DNA from: Anaerolineales bacterium
Lineage (GTDB): Bacteria; Chloroflexota; Anaerolineae; JAAEKA01
DNA: 64,000 nt
NCBI GenBank assembly: GCA_034432445.1
Contig: DAOUBX010000124.1
Coordinates: forward strand, 8,571-72,570
Reading direction: 5' to 3'
Shown: piece after piece, positions 40,001 to 49,560 of the stretch
How positions within the stretch are numbered: position 1 is the stretch's first letter
Layout: the number at the start of each line of letters is the position of its first letter
The notes under the pieces: generated by a model
What the model saw: the letters and a program-made list of their open reading frames with translations, nothing else
Databases searched by the model: none
Told to the model about the DNA's origin: nothing
Translations under genes and position numbers: made by a program

Positions 40001-40631
40001 GCAGCTGGCCAAATGGGGCACGTTTGCTACGACCAACGGCGAAGCTGTCGGCGGAGAAAGCGCCTTCTGGGGCCCGCGCGGGCTGGCCATCGATGGGGCC
40101 GGCAACGTCTTCGTGGCCGACACCGGCAACAAGCGCATTCAGGTCTTCGACGCTGCGGGCGCGTTCCTGGGCCAGTTCGGCGGCGGAGGCGTGGTCGAAG
40201 GGCGCTTCGACGAGCCGGTCGGACTGGCGCTGATCCCGCGCCCCAATGGTGAGCCCGGCGGCACGCTGTTCGTGGCCGACACGTGGAACCGCCGTGTGCA
40301 GAAGTTCGAGGTCACGTTTGATGAATTCGCCGAAGGCGCGCCCAGCTTCACCTTCCTCAAAGAGTGGCCCATCGAGGGCTGGTCGAGCCAAAGCATCGTC
40401 AACAAGCCGTTCCTGGCTACAGACGGCAGCCGGTTGTACGTCACCGATCCGGAGAACTGGCGCGTGCTGGTCTTCGACCCGGACGGCAACTTCAAAGCCA
40501 CCTTTGGCAGCTATGGCAGCGACACGCAAAGCTTTGCGCTGCCGGTAGGCATTGCCGTTACGCCCAATGGCGACGTAGCGGTCGTGGACTCCGACAACCA
40601 CCGCCTGCTGGTGTTCCCGCCGGTGGACTAG
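37044..40631 (+). CDS. TIGR03663-like GT-C-fold membrane protein fused to C-terminal NHL-repeat beta-propeller
   Basis: The N-terminal membrane domain (…DESEHAWFAYNLFAGKGYEHNPIYHGPFIYH…) is PMT-like. The C-terminus has at least five NHL-type repeats (LVADSGNHRIQVF, YVADTWNHRILVF, FVADTGNKRIQVF, FVADTWNRRVQKF, VVDSDNHRLLVF). Start chosen at ATG 37044 (MNDTLRQ). Confidence 0.7.
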   Translation: MNDTLRQPEIPQTQDPSAEPSWLDRSLATLFTWNVEKIAWLVLLAVALVIRLVDIGARTASHDESEHAWFAYNLFAGKGYEHNPIYHGPFIYHVMALFYLLFGDGDVTARVPTALFGFGIVALMWPARRWLGKYGAFFAALLITFSPALLHYSRHTRHDIYEIFWALAFIICTFRYLEYDAQRPAKWLYLIAAGLSLALASKEDAFIHGALLGGFLVLFIAYRWLLWRLNPDHPAEEREAPLSGARPRDWAVLAGILALSLVGALFVRLTGLTSGTYNSSGAAGALQTVLRLLPMIAPPAAAVGLAVWYIRKREATADAPLTFSSATDVAVLLATLILPWASPLFIRLLGYDPLDYNFPGGILSSLSVVLAVAGMAAAIGILWNRRRWLIAAGIFYAIFIILFTTFFTNGKGWATGLVGSLGYWLSQQGVARGSQPWYYYALITPLYEFLPILLTIPVLWRAFMRRNLTSLVLLALVVAFSAGALIANAAMRSDPASLPSGLHKTLAHGAVMLAILATAWGGLIRFPGRRQAFLAFLPMFVVGSWGIYSWAGEKMPWLVASITLPMCIAGGWWLGQVVERVDWAAVRAKGGVWIAVLVLPLLAALAALLGSRPFQDRTIAGLSETSQWFGALLVAAVALALIVWLGQRLGWPNTRRIIGLTLTALLGIWMLRTTYMLNFINYDFVSEYLFYAHASPDPKMVMRNLADMSRRTVGDKQLKIAYDDDSSWPFNWYLRDWPNAVYFGANPTREVMQDAPAVLVGDKNLDKARPYLQRDYYEFRHRLIWWPDESYKSVTWEKIKAGITDPIKRKEFLDAVLWREYRTPMSEWPLVHRFSLFVRKDVANQLWDFGAQPATAPAFVDPYEKGLRQIAAYQTIGSGPGAAPGLLNLPRNVAVSDDGAFLVADSGNHRIQVFAPDGSLVTQWGSSCELYTADLPGCVDPDGAGPLELGDGQMREPWGIAVGPQGNIYVADTWNHRILVFDRAAKQLAKWGTFATTNGEAVGGESAFWGPRGLAIDGAGNVFVADTGNKRIQVFDAAGAFLGQFGGGGVVEGRFDEPVGLALIPRPNGEPGGTLFVADTWNRRVQKFEVTFDEFAEGAPSFTFLKEWPIEGWSSQSIVNKPFLATDGSRLYVTDPENWRVLVFDPDGNFKATFGSYGSDTQSFALPVGIAVTPNGDVAVVDSDNHRLLVFPPVD

Positions 40632-40662
40632 AGGCGCCTCGCCCGTTAGGAGGTAATCGACT

Positions 40663-42297
40663 GTGATCGCACTGCTCGCCAAGGAGCCGTTGCTGCTCCT
40701 GTTCCTCGTATCCGCGGTCGGCTATCTGATCGGCCGCATCAAAGTCAAGGGCATCAGCCTGGGCATCGCCGCCGTGCTCTTTGTGGGCCTGGCGGTCGGC
40801 GCGGTCGACCCTGCGCTCAAGCTGCCGGCGATCATCTTCCAGATCGGCCTGGTCGTCTTCGTCTACACCATCGGCTTGAGCGCCGGCCCGGGCTTCTTTG
40901 CCTCGTTCAAGCGCGGCGGCTTGCGCGACAACCTCTTCGTGCTCGCCATGCTGATCTTCGCCGCAGCCGTGGCTATCGTCGGCCACCTGCTGCTGAACCA
41001 GGCCCCCACCATCACCGCCGGAATGTACGCCGGCAGCCTGACCAACACGCCTGCGCTGGCCAGTGTCGTGGAGTCGGTATCTGCGGCTGCCTCGCCGGAG
41101 CTGCGCAACACCGTCGCCGCCGAGCCGGTCGTCGGTTACTCGGTTGCGTACCCGATGGGCGTGTTGGGGCCGATCCTGATGCTCTTCCTCCTGCAGAAGC
41201 TGTGGCGCATCGACTACCGCCGCGACGCCGAGCGCGTGCGCGGGGTGCACCTAGTCGAGCAGGAGATCTACAACCGCACGGCGCGGGTCACGAACCCGGC
41301 AGTCACCGGTGTGCCGTTGGATCAGCTCGTGCGGCAGCAGGGGTGGGACGTCGTCTTCACGCGCATCAAGCGCGATGGACAGCTATTCCTGGCCGACGGC
41401 AGCACCCGCCTGGCAGCCGGCGACCTCGTGAGCCTGATCGGCACACCAGAGGCCGTGGACAAGGTCTTGGCGGCCCTGGGCCAGCTCTCCTCCGAGCACC
41501 TGGAGTACGACCGCAGCGAGTACGACTTTCGCCGTGTCTTCGTCTCCAACGAAAAGCTGGCCGGCCGCCGGCTGGGCGACCTCGACCTGGTCCGGCAGTA
41601 CGGTGCATTGGTCACCCGCGTGCGCCGCGGCGACATCGACTTCCTGGCCCACGGCAACACCGTGATCGAGCTGGGCGATCGGGTGCGCATCGTGGCCCCC
41701 CGCGCCAACATGAAGGCCATCAGCGAGCTCTTCGGCGACTCTTACAAGCACCTGAGCGAGATCAACCTGCTCTCCTTTGGCCTGGGCCTGACCCTGGGGC
41801 TGCTCGTTGGGCTGATCCCTATCCCCTTCTTCGGCGGCATCACCCTCAAGCTGGGCCTGGCGGGCGGGCCGCTCGTGGTGGGTCTGATCCTGGGCGCGCT
41901 GCGTCGCACCGGCCCGGTGCTCTGGACTCTCCCATATAGCGCCAATCTAACGCTGCGCCAGTTCGGCTTGACGCTGCTGCTGGCGGCCATCGGCGTGAAC
42001 GCCGGCCGCACCTTTGTCGAAACGCTGGGGCAGGGCGGTGGTGTGCAGCTCTTCCTGGCCGGCGCCGCTGTCAGCGTCAGCACTGCGCTGCTAGCCTTGC
42101 TGATCGGCTACCGGCTGCTCAAGATCCCCTTTGGCGTGTTGACGGGCATGCTGGCCGGCTTGCACACGCAGCCGGCAGTGCTGGGTTTCGCCACCGAACA
42201 ATCGGAAAACGAGCTTCCCAACGTTGGCTATGCCTTGGTGTTCCCGATCGCAACCATCGGCAAGATCATCATCGCCCAGCTCTTGCTGCGGCTTTAG
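40663..42297 (+). CDS. YidE/YbjL-family (AAE) transporter with two TrkA-C/RCK_C domains
   Basis: It is a 544-aa protein with two 5-6-TM halves separated by cytoplasmic RCK_C-like segments. Confidence 0.75.
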   Translation: MIALLAKEPLLLLFLVSAVGYLIGRIKVKGISLGIAAVLFVGLAVGAVDPALKLPAIIFQIGLVVFVYTIGLSAGPGFFASFKRGGLRDNLFVLAMLIFAAAVAIVGHLLLNQAPTITAGMYAGSLTNTPALASVVESVSAAASPELRNTVAAEPVVGYSVAYPMGVLGPILMLFLLQKLWRIDYRRDAERVRGVHLVEQEIYNRTARVTNPAVTGVPLDQLVRQQGWDVVFTRIKRDGQLFLADGSTRLAAGDLVSLIGTPEAVDKVLAALGQLSSEHLEYDRSEYDFRRVFVSNEKLAGRRLGDLDLVRQYGALVTRVRRGDIDFLAHGNTVIELGDRVRIVAPRANMKAISELFGDSYKHLSEINLLSFGLGLTLGLLVGLIPIPFFGGITLKLGLAGGPLVVGLILGALRRTGPVLWTLPYSANLTLRQFGLTLLLAAIGVNAGRTFVETLGQGGGVQLFLAGAAVSVSTALLALLIGYRLLKIPFGVLTGMLAGLHTQPAVLGFATEQSENELPNVGYALVFPIATIGKIIIAQLLLRL

Positions 42298-42332
42298 CGC
42301 CCCGCAGAGGCGTGCGCTGCCGACGCTTGGAC

Positions 42333-42398
42333 GACTGAAGTCGTCACTACGAAGAGGCTGCTCGTATGGCCGGCGCCCGGGTAGTGGCGACTTCAGTC
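42333..42398. terminator. bidirectional hairpin between convergent genes
   Basis: GACTGAAGTCGTCACTAC-30 nt-GTAGTGGCGACTTCAGTC forms an 18-bp stem with one mismatch. Confidence 0.5.
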
Positions 42399-42408
42399 GC
42401 TCTGCGGA

Positions 42409-45400
42409 TCACTGCATCGTGCGATACACGGTGTTGACCAGGAGCCGCTGGCCTTCAGCCGTCATGGTGGCCGGGCCGTCCTGGAAACCCCATAGCATCC
42501 ACTGGCCGTTCTCCATGATCAGATTGGCGTACCGGTCGTCGTTGTCCTGCCGGCCGAAGACCAGGACGCCCGTCGGCTGGTTGCCGAGGAAGATATCCAC
42601 GCGGGGGCTGGAGCGTTCGTAGAGCGTCATCCGTCGCACATCGCGCAGATCGAACTCGTAGGGGTAGCGCCAGATCGCGTCGGTCTGGTTCCCAGGTCGA
42701 ATGGCCACGCCGCTGCTGTGCGCGCCGTTGGCATAGCCGATGTCCAGCCCCAGCCGGCCGAAGAACGCGTAACCACCCTCGCCCAGCCCCAGCACAGGCC
42801 GCTTGTAGCGCAGGATGTGGCGCAGCGCCTCCTCGGTTCCCCAGCGGTTCAACGAACCCGTGTCCGGGCCAACGACGACCAACCGGTAGCGCTGCAGGTC
42901 AAGCGACGGCACGCTGTTGACATGGGCCAGATCGATCACCATGCCGTTGTCGTCGATCAACGCCTTGTAGCGTAGCGCAGTCTGAACGTCGTCGGCGTGC
43001 ACGTACAGGGCGCGCGGCCGCAGGTGGAAGCTGACGTTCTTGAACAGGGTGAAGGGGCGTCCCAGCCGATCTTGGCCCACCGCCGCCCCACGCACGGCAT
43101 AGGGCCCGGCCGCAAAGCCTTGCCAGAAGAAATTGGCATAGATGCCGTCGTCTTTCTTCCCATCGCCGTGCTGTCCGTCGTCCAGCAATGGGAGCGACAC
43201 GGGCTCGCCGCCGCCGGGGCCAAAGATGTTGACCGTCACCAGCTGGTCGGGCAGCGGTCTGCCGGCCTGGCTGAGAAAGCCGATCAGGTGCACAGGGGCG
43301 CCAGTGGCCAGCTCGCGGGCCGGCGTGCCCACCAACAACTGGAAGCTCACCTCCGTCTTGGCGCTGGCCCAGAGCACGAATTCATTGTCCTTGCGGGTGT
43401 CTAGGTACTCCAGCGCAACCCGCCAGACGCCCGGTGCGGGATCGGGGATGATGCACGTCTCGTGCGTAGGATCCGTGCGGCAGAACCTGTTCGTGTCAGG
43501 TCGTTGCGGATCATAGCGATACACGACGCCGTTCGGATCGGTCACGATCAGCCGCAGTCGGTTGTTGTACAGCGACCAGTTGACGGCCAGGGTCAGCCGC
43601 TTCAGGCCCTCCGGCACCTCCAACCGCCACGCGCGCGGCGCGCTGCCGTCGGTGCGGCCATGCTCCTGCAACAGCCGGCTCTCGCCCAGCATATCCTCGG
43701 CGATGGTCTTGTAGATGTCGCCCAGGCGGTTGGGCAGGGTCTGCGGCCAAGAGGCGTTGCCGCTGCCCGCAGCAGTCGCCGTGTCTTCGAGCGCTTTGGC
43801 CACGCCTTCCTCGGTGACCGCAAAGAAGTCGCCGCCGTTTTCCCCGGCAATGGTCTGCACCAGGGCATGGAAACCGGCGCTGGCCGGACCGACCGCAATG
43901 CCGTCGATGATCGTGTTGGTCGGTTCGATGACGCCCCTGACAGCCGCGGTGTCGTACAGCGGATCGACGTTCTCCATGCCATCGGTCAGCAGCACGATGC
44001 GATCGGCGACGCTGTAGTCGGCCGGAGCCGCAGTGACCTGCGCCTGGCCGGCCAGCAAGCCCTTGCCGATGGCCGTCATACCGCCCGGCGTGAACGCGTC
44101 CACGGCTGCCTTGGCCGCGTTCAGCTCCGGTGTCAGCGGGCTGTCGGACACCAGGGTGATCGGATAAGGGGTGGAGGCGTTGGTACTGAAGCCAACAACG
44201 GCGATGCGGTCAGCGGGCAACGACTGATCGATGAACAGGCGAGCGGCGTTCTTGGCCGCGGCCATCTTGTCGTACTCCGACATGCTGCCAGAGTGATCGA
44301 CGACGATGGCCCGATCGGTGACCTCGCGCTCGGTGAAAAGGATGGCGCGCGTCTCCGTGTCCGCGCCGTAGCCATTCCATGTCACGGTCAGGTCGTATTT
44401 GCTGCCGGCGCTGTAGACGCCGGCCTGCGGCCGCACGTTCAGGAAGAAGCGATCGCCCACCGGCAAACCGCTGATTACTGCCGCGGCCGTGCCGCCTACC
44501 TGCACCTGGAAGTCAGCCGCAGTGGCGTCGGCCAGTGAGCTGGCGCCGCCGCTACTGGCGTTGGCCTCGAGCACCACCAAAACCACGTTGGGGTTGACCG
44601 GATCGCCGGCCTCAGCCACGTTGCCGGTCTGCGGGGAGACGATGTTCAGTTGGCGGAAATCGCCCGCCAGGCTATAGCGCTGAGCATTGCCGTTGGGCAG
44701 AGCAAAGCGGGTGACCGTGATCGTCCACACGCCTGGCGCCGGATTGGGTACCTGCACCTGCTCCACGTTGTTGAGCCGGTCCACGCCGCGGGTGGCAGGC
44801 AGCACATGGGTGGCACGCACAATGGGATCGGCGAGGCCGGTGTCCTGGTTGCTGGCGTTGAAGGTGCTGTTGTTGCGCGGCAACGCAGGCAACACCCAAG
44901 GTCGCCAGATCGTGCCGTCCGGCGCCTGCAAGGTTAGGTCGAGGTCGTTGACCAACTGCGCGGCCTGGATGCCCAGCATCGGATTGCCCGGCTCGTCGTC
45001 CCACACCAGCGTGAATTTCAGCTCGGCGCGGCCAGGCGTCACCTGGACGGTGTAGGTGTCGGTGGGATCGGCCGGGCTGACCGTGCCTTCGACGAAGTTG
45101 CGGGCGCGAATAGCGGCCACGGCGCGACGGGCGTTGACCCGGCCGTAACCGGTCGACCAATCGGGGCCGGCGTGGAAGATCACCGGTTGACCGCTGTCGG
45201 GGTCGTTCCACCCATACTCGACGAAACCGGGTTGCGCCGGCTCGTGCACGAGGTCGGTGGCGGTCTGGATCAACAACGCCTTGATCGTGGAGTTGTATGG
45301 GCGGCCTGCGCTGGGATAGGTCTGGTGGAACTGCTCGGTCATCAAGGCTGCAATGCCGCTCACGGCCGGCGCGGCCATCGAGGTGCCACACTTCGAGACG

Positions 45401-47541
45401 TAGCCCTGCGAGTCGTGATCCGTGGACATCATGCAGCCGGTGGCTGCCACGTCAGGCTTCAACCGGCCATCCCATGTCGGTCCGCGGCTGCTGGTCTGGC
45501 GCAGGTTTTGCGTGCCGGGGTTGAGAGATCCGACCGTCAGCGAGTTCTTGGCCGGGCTAAGGATCGAGTAATAGCCGCGCGGCCCACTGGTGGGATCGGC
45601 ATCGCCGCTGGGCAAGGTGGCCGTGGTGCAATACTGAGCCGCAATGCCTTGGTTGGCAGCCGCCCACACGATGGTATGGCGCGGGATGGCGGTGGTCCCA
45701 TCGGTGAGCTCGCCGCGCGCCAACCGGTCAACGGTCTGCGCGGTTGAGTCGTAGCTGCCGCAGGTCATCACATAGGAGTGGTTGCTGACCTCCATGCCAT
45801 GGGTGTTGACGGCCTCGTTCATTACGCCGGCGTCCCACCCGCCATAAGGCGCAAGACGCACGTTCGGCGCCATGCCGCGCAGTTGGAAGGGCGTGCAGCT
45901 GGCGTAGGGGCAGTTGGTCTGGCTGTTGACGCCGCTGGCGCCGATAATGCCGGCGACGTGCGTGCCATGGCCGTTGTCGTCATTCTGCGTGCGCAGCAGG
46001 CGGCCGGCGAAATCGTTGTGATCGAAGCCGGCAGCCTCGACGCCCGAATCGAACACCCCGACGACCACACCCGTGCCGTCCATGCCGGCGTAGAAGGCCG
46101 GGTTGACGCCGGTGTTGACGTTCTGCACGGCATCGACATCCAGGTCGTTGCGGGCGACATCGTTGAGCAGACGCAGAGGCGCAGGCCCTTCCTCGATCCA
46201 ACTGATGCGGTCCTCCTGGCTCAGCGCCGCAATGCGGTCGGCTGGCATGACCAGAGCCCAGGTTTGATTGGCAAAGGGGGAGGCGTTGCCATAGCGGGCC
46301 AGGATTGTACGGGCTTCGCCCGCCGACACATCGGCGAAGAAGGTAACCAGCAGCTTGACGGTGTTGGCCGTGTCTTTGGCCCAAGGCTCAAAGTTGCCTG
46401 CCAACACCTTGGGATCCACGCGATCCTGCGGCAACACCTGCCCCAGCCAGCGCACCAGCGCAGCAAAGGCCGGATCTTCCAGCCGCGGGCGGGGTGCGGT
46501 CACCGAGGCCGTGTAGAGGGTGTCGCCGACGAAGCGATCCAGCGTGACGCCCAAATCGCTGAGCACGGCGCGCTCACGCTCGCTCGGCTGGCGATAGAGC
46601 TGCACGAAGCCATGCAAGTTTGGCAGCGTGGTACTCCCCAGCGCTTGCAAGAAGTCAGGATCAACGCCCGCCGGCGGCGTGAAGGTGCGGGAACGCAGGG
46701 CCAGCTCCAGACCCTGGCTCTGGAACGACATGGCGTTGATGAACAGGTCTCGCCCTGTGGCGGTCATGGCGGCGGGCGCAGCGTTGAAGCCCCACAACAG
46801 GTAGCGAGACTGCACCTGGACGATGGGGAACGGGCTGGCGGCGCCGGCCAGCGAGGCCAAACGCACGCCGTCGGGCAGCCGTTCGGCCAGAGGGATGGCA
46901 ATTGCAGGCTGTTCGCTTTGGTAGAGCCGCAGTTGGCCGTTGCCGGGGATGCTGATCGGCCGCGGCGTCGTGTAGAAACGCTGGCTATCGCCGAAGTCGG
47001 CAACCTGGACGACGGCCGACTGCGTGCGTTGGCCGTTGGGATAGCCGATTTCCAGGCCAAGGCGGCCAAAGAAGGCGTGACCGCCTGCGCCAATGCCCAC
47101 GACCGGCAAGCCCGAAGCCTGCACCGCTTCCAGCAAACCTGGCTCAGGCTGCCACGTGCCATCAGCGCCCGTGTCAGACCCGATCACGATCAGATCGTAC
47201 TGGCGGAAATCGGGGATGGCGGTGAGAGCGGCTGTTTGTGCGGCACCGCTGCCGACGGCAACCAGCGGCAACCGCACCTTGAAGCGGCGATCGCCCGGCG
47301 TGCCGACGCGCACGGCCTGAGCGCTGTAGCCGTTGGCGTTGAGGAGGTCGACGAAGGATTGCGCCGCGGCGGCATCGGTAGTGTACAGGAGAGCCACGCG
47401 CACAGGGCCCTCAGTCTGGGCAGCGACCGGAGCAGGCGGCGCCAGAGGGCCGAGCAAACTCATCAGCATGGTCAAGGCGAGCAACAGCGAGAGGCTGCGC
47501 AGCCTTTTGACGGTTGGGAGCGAGCGACGGTGAGTTCTCAC
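42409..47541 (-). CDS. 1710-aa secreted subtilisin-like serine protease (S8) with vWA domain and paralogous ~250-aa domains at both termini
   Basis: The protein has a signal peptide and an S8 triad (GVFDSG; HGTHVAGIIG; GTSMAAPAVSGIAAL). The vWA MIDAS motif is VVDHSGSMS. The N-terminal and C-terminal domains both end in …L(L/M)WGF…T(A/M)T(A/E)G(R/Q)(D/R)L(F/L)(I/V)N. Confidence 0.8.
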   Translation of the reverse strand: MRTHRRSLPTVKRLRSLSLLLALTMLMSLLGPLAPPAPVAAQTEGPVRVALLYTTDAAAAQSFVDLLNANGYSAQAVRVGTPGDRRFKVRLPLVAVGSGAAQTAALTAIPDFRQYDLIVIGSDTGADGTWQPEPGLLEAVQASGLPVVGIGAGGHAFFGRLGLEIGYPNGQRTQSAVVQVADFGDSQRFYTTPRPISIPGNGQLRLYQSEQPAIAIPLAERLPDGVRLASLAGAASPFPIVQVQSRYLLWGFNAAPAAMTATGRDLFINAMSFQSQGLELALRSRTFTPPAGVDPDFLQALGSTTLPNLHGFVQLYRQPSERERAVLSDLGVTLDRFVGDTLYTASVTAPRPRLEDPAFAALVRWLGQVLPQDRVDPKVLAGNFEPWAKDTANTVKLLVTFFADVSAGEARTILARYGNASPFANQTWALVMPADRIAALSQEDRISWIEEGPAPLRLLNDVARNDLDVDAVQNVNTGVNPAFYAGMDGTGVVVGVFDSGVEAAGFDHNDFAGRLLRTQNDDNGHGTHVAGIIGASGVNSQTNCPYASCTPFQLRGMAPNVRLAPYGGWDAGVMNEAVNTHGMEVSNHSYVMTCGSYDSTAQTVDRLARGELTDGTTAIPRHTIVWAAANQGIAAQYCTTATLPSGDADPTSGPRGYYSILSPAKNSLTVGSLNPGTQNLRQTSSRGPTWDGRLKPDVAATGCMMSTDHDSQGYVSKCGTSMAAPAVSGIAALMTEQFHQTYPSAGRPYNSTIKALLIQTATDLVHEPAQPGFVEYGWNDPDSGQPVIFHAGPDWSTGYGRVNARRAVAAIRARNFVEGTVSPADPTDTYTVQVTPGRAELKFTLVWDDEPGNPMLGIQAAQLVNDLDLTLQAPDGTIWRPWVLPALPRNNSTFNASNQDTGLADPIVRATHVLPATRGVDRLNNVEQVQVPNPAPGVWTITVTRFALPNGNAQRYSLAGDFRQLNIVSPQTGNVAEAGDPVNPNVVLVVLEANASSGGASSLADATAADFQVQVGGTAAAVISGLPVGDRFFLNVRPQAGVYSAGSKYDLTVTWNGYGADTETRAILFTEREVTDRAIVVDHSGSMSEYDKMAAAKNAARLFIDQSLPADRIAVVGFSTNASTPYPITLVSDSPLTPELNAAKAAVDAFTPGGMTAIGKGLLAGQAQVTAAPADYSVADRIVLLTDGMENVDPLYDTAAVRGVIEPTNTIIDGIAVGPASAGFHALVQTIAGENGGDFFAVTEEGVAKALEDTATAAGSGNASWPQTLPNRLGDIYKTIAEDMLGESRLLQEHGRTDGSAPRAWRLEVPEGLKRLTLAVNWSLYNNRLRLIVTDPNGVVYRYDPQRPDTNRFCRTDPTHETCIIPDPAPGVWRVALEYLDTRKDNEFVLWASAKTEVSFQLLVGTPARELATGAPVHLIGFLSQAGRPLPDQLVTVNIFGPGGGEPVSLPLLDDGQHGDGKKDDGIYANFFWQGFAAGPYAVRGAAVGQDRLGRPFTLFKNVSFHLRPRALYVHADDVQTALRYKALIDDNGMVIDLAHVNSVPSLDLQRYRLVVVGPDTGSLNRWGTEEALRHILRYKRPVLGLGEGGYAFFGRLGLDIGYANGAHSSGVAIRPGNQTDAIWRYPYEFDLRDVRRMTLYERSSPRVDIFLGNQPTGVLVFGRQDNDDRYANLIMENGQWMLWGFQDGPATMTAEGQRLLVNTVYRTMQ

Positions 47542-48104
47542 AGGTCAGTTCCTTTCCATGTTGTGCAAAACTGTTGTCGTTTGGCGTCGCATCCGTAGCT
47601 ACTCAGGCTGGTGCGGCAGAGAGACTACGCACGGCGAGGCCGACTACAGCGCTTGAAAAGACGGTGTGGTGGGGCGTAGGTTAGGTCTACACCTGGGCCA
47701 GCGACTCCGCAAGCCCTGGGCAAGGTTGCTGCTCTCACTCATGTTTAACGCTTTTGCGCATCACCTCTGCGGCACAACCCGCCAGCCACCACAATCCGCG
47801 CGATCAGGGAGCAGACGCGTGGCAAGCGTATGTGTCCAAAGCTGGTTGAGCGCCAGACCCTTCGAGGTTCCTTGGTTGCTCACGCAGCGCCGCAAAAGCA
47901 GTTGCTGTGTCGATCGCGAGGCACCGTAAGCACAGACACCCAAGGGTCTCAACCGACTTCAAACACACCCATTTCAGTCTTGGGGCACGAACCCCTTTGG
48001 GTCGTGGGCTAACGGCGCGTGACAGTCACGCGTTGAGAGACTTGAAGGGTTTGCCTGAACCAGAGCATCTATGATAGACTCCATGCCCGTGCGTTGACCA
48101 CTGC

Positions 48105-48563
48105 TTGCGGAGGTTTGCCATGTCGTCATCAGAAGCACATCACCCCACCCCCACCGCTGCTGCCGAGATCATCACCGTTCGCCCTGATGCCGAAGTGCTG
48201 TCGCGCCAGCAGCTCCCCTATTTCGTTGGCATCTCCCAGGACACGGCTGGCGCTACCGGTATTTCCCTGAACCTGATCGTCATTCCCCCGGGCGGCGCGG
48301 CCGCGCCGCACATCCACCAAGGCTACGAAACGGCCATCTATATCCTGGAGGGCCAGGTGCGCACCTTGTACGGCCCCGGTCTGCGTCAGGAAACCATCAA
48401 CCAGGCCGGTGATTTCCTGTTCATCCCGGCAAATGTGCCTCACCAGCCGATCAACTTGAGCAGTACACAGCCTGCCAAGGCTCTGGTGGCGCGCAACGAC
48501 CCCAACGAACAAGAAAGCGTCGTCATCTACAACCCCGCGGCCGAGGCGGATGCCGCAGGATGA
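48105..48563 (+). CDS. cupin-domain protein
   Basis: G(x)5HxH(x)nE…PxGxxH-type cupin motifs are present ([16 protein letters not shown]…[12 protein letters not shown]). Confidence 0.65.
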   Translation: MRRFAMSSSEAHHPTPTAAAEIITVRPDAEVLSRQQLPYFVGISQDTAGATGISLNLIVIPPGGAAAPHIHQGYETAIYILEGQVRTLYGPGLRQETINQAGDFLFIPANVPHQPINLSSTQPAKALVARNDPNEQESVVIYNPAAEADAAG

Positions 48564-49072
48564 GCGACCTGCCTCAGGTAACCATCTACACCGACGGCGG
48601 TGCGCTGGGCAACCCGGGCCCCGGCGGCTATGGTGTGGTCATGCTCTACAAGGGCCACCGCAAGGAGCTCTCTGGCGGGTATCGGTTGACCACGAACAAC
48701 CGCATGGAGTTGATGGCCGTCATTCGCGCCTTGGAGGCGCTGAACACGCGCTGCGCGGTGACGCTCTACACCGACTCGCGCTACGTGGCCGACAGCATCA
48801 ACTTGGGCTGGGCCAAGCGCTGGCGCGCCAATGGCTGGCGCAAGAACAAGAGCGAGCCGGCGCTCAACCCCGACCTGTGGGAGCGCGTGCTCGACTTGCT
48901 GGAGCAGCACGACGTGCGCGTGGTGTGGGTCAGGGGCCACGCGGGCACACCGGAGAACGAGCGCTGCGATCAGCTCTCGGTGGCCGCAGCGCGGCAGCCC
49001 AACCTTCCGGCCGACGAGATCTACGAAGCCAGCAACCCTACGCCGGGCCCGACCAAGAACTGGATGACGTAG
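48560..49072 (+). CDS. rnhA: ribonuclease HI
   Basis: [17 protein letters not shown]…NNRMEL…YTDSRYV…WVRGHAG carries the DEDD residues. The start overlaps the cupin stop (ATGA). Confidence 0.85.
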   Translation: MSDLPQVTIYTDGGALGNPGPGGYGVVMLYKGHRKELSGGYRLTTNNRMELMAVIRALEALNTRCAVTLYTDSRYVADSINLGWAKRWRANGWRKNKSEPALNPDLWERVLDLLEQHDVRVVWVRGHAGTPENERCDQLSVAAARQPNLPADEIYEASNPTPGPTKNWMT

Positions 49073-49117
49073 GACGGCGGATGGCCAAGCCGGCGAGGCG
49101 GAAAGGAACGACAAGCG

Positions 49118-49501
49118 ATGGAATACTTTCTGACCAGCGTTGATCAAAGCGGGCGAGCGTTCAAGGAACGGTTTACCGATTTGGGCGCTGTTGCTGCGCG
49201 CGCCGTCGAGTTATTCGCTGCGGCGTCGTCCACAGGTCAACGCCAGCCAACCGCCATCACCGACACGGGCGATCGACTGCTGCTGGGTCGGGCTGAGATC
49301 GCCCGGCTGGCAACCATCGTTGACAAATCTTCGCCCGTGGGAGACCAGATCGCGCAGCGCGTGTTCGGAGACCTCGATGCTGCCACGCTGGACGAGCTGT
49401 GTCGCTGGTTGCTTTTCCGGCTGCGGACTGCGGGGGTCGGCGCCCAACAGCGTCTGCACGTCATCAGCGCGATCCTGGATGCGGTCACGCCGGATGCTTA
49501 G
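49118..49501 (+). CDS. hypothetical protein
   Basis: 127-aa ORF with coding-like GC3 bias and no recognisable motif. Confidence 0.35.
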   Translation: MEYFLTSVDQSGRAFKERFTDLGAVAARAVELFAAASSTGQRQPTAITDTGDRLLLGRAEIARLATIVDKSSPVGDQIAQRVFGDLDAATLDELCRWLLFRLRTAGVGAQQRLHVISAILDAVTPDA

Positions 49502-49560
49502 CAACGACAAAGACCGCGCCGTTGGTCTCGCCGATGCGACTCTGTGGTATCCGCAGAGGT

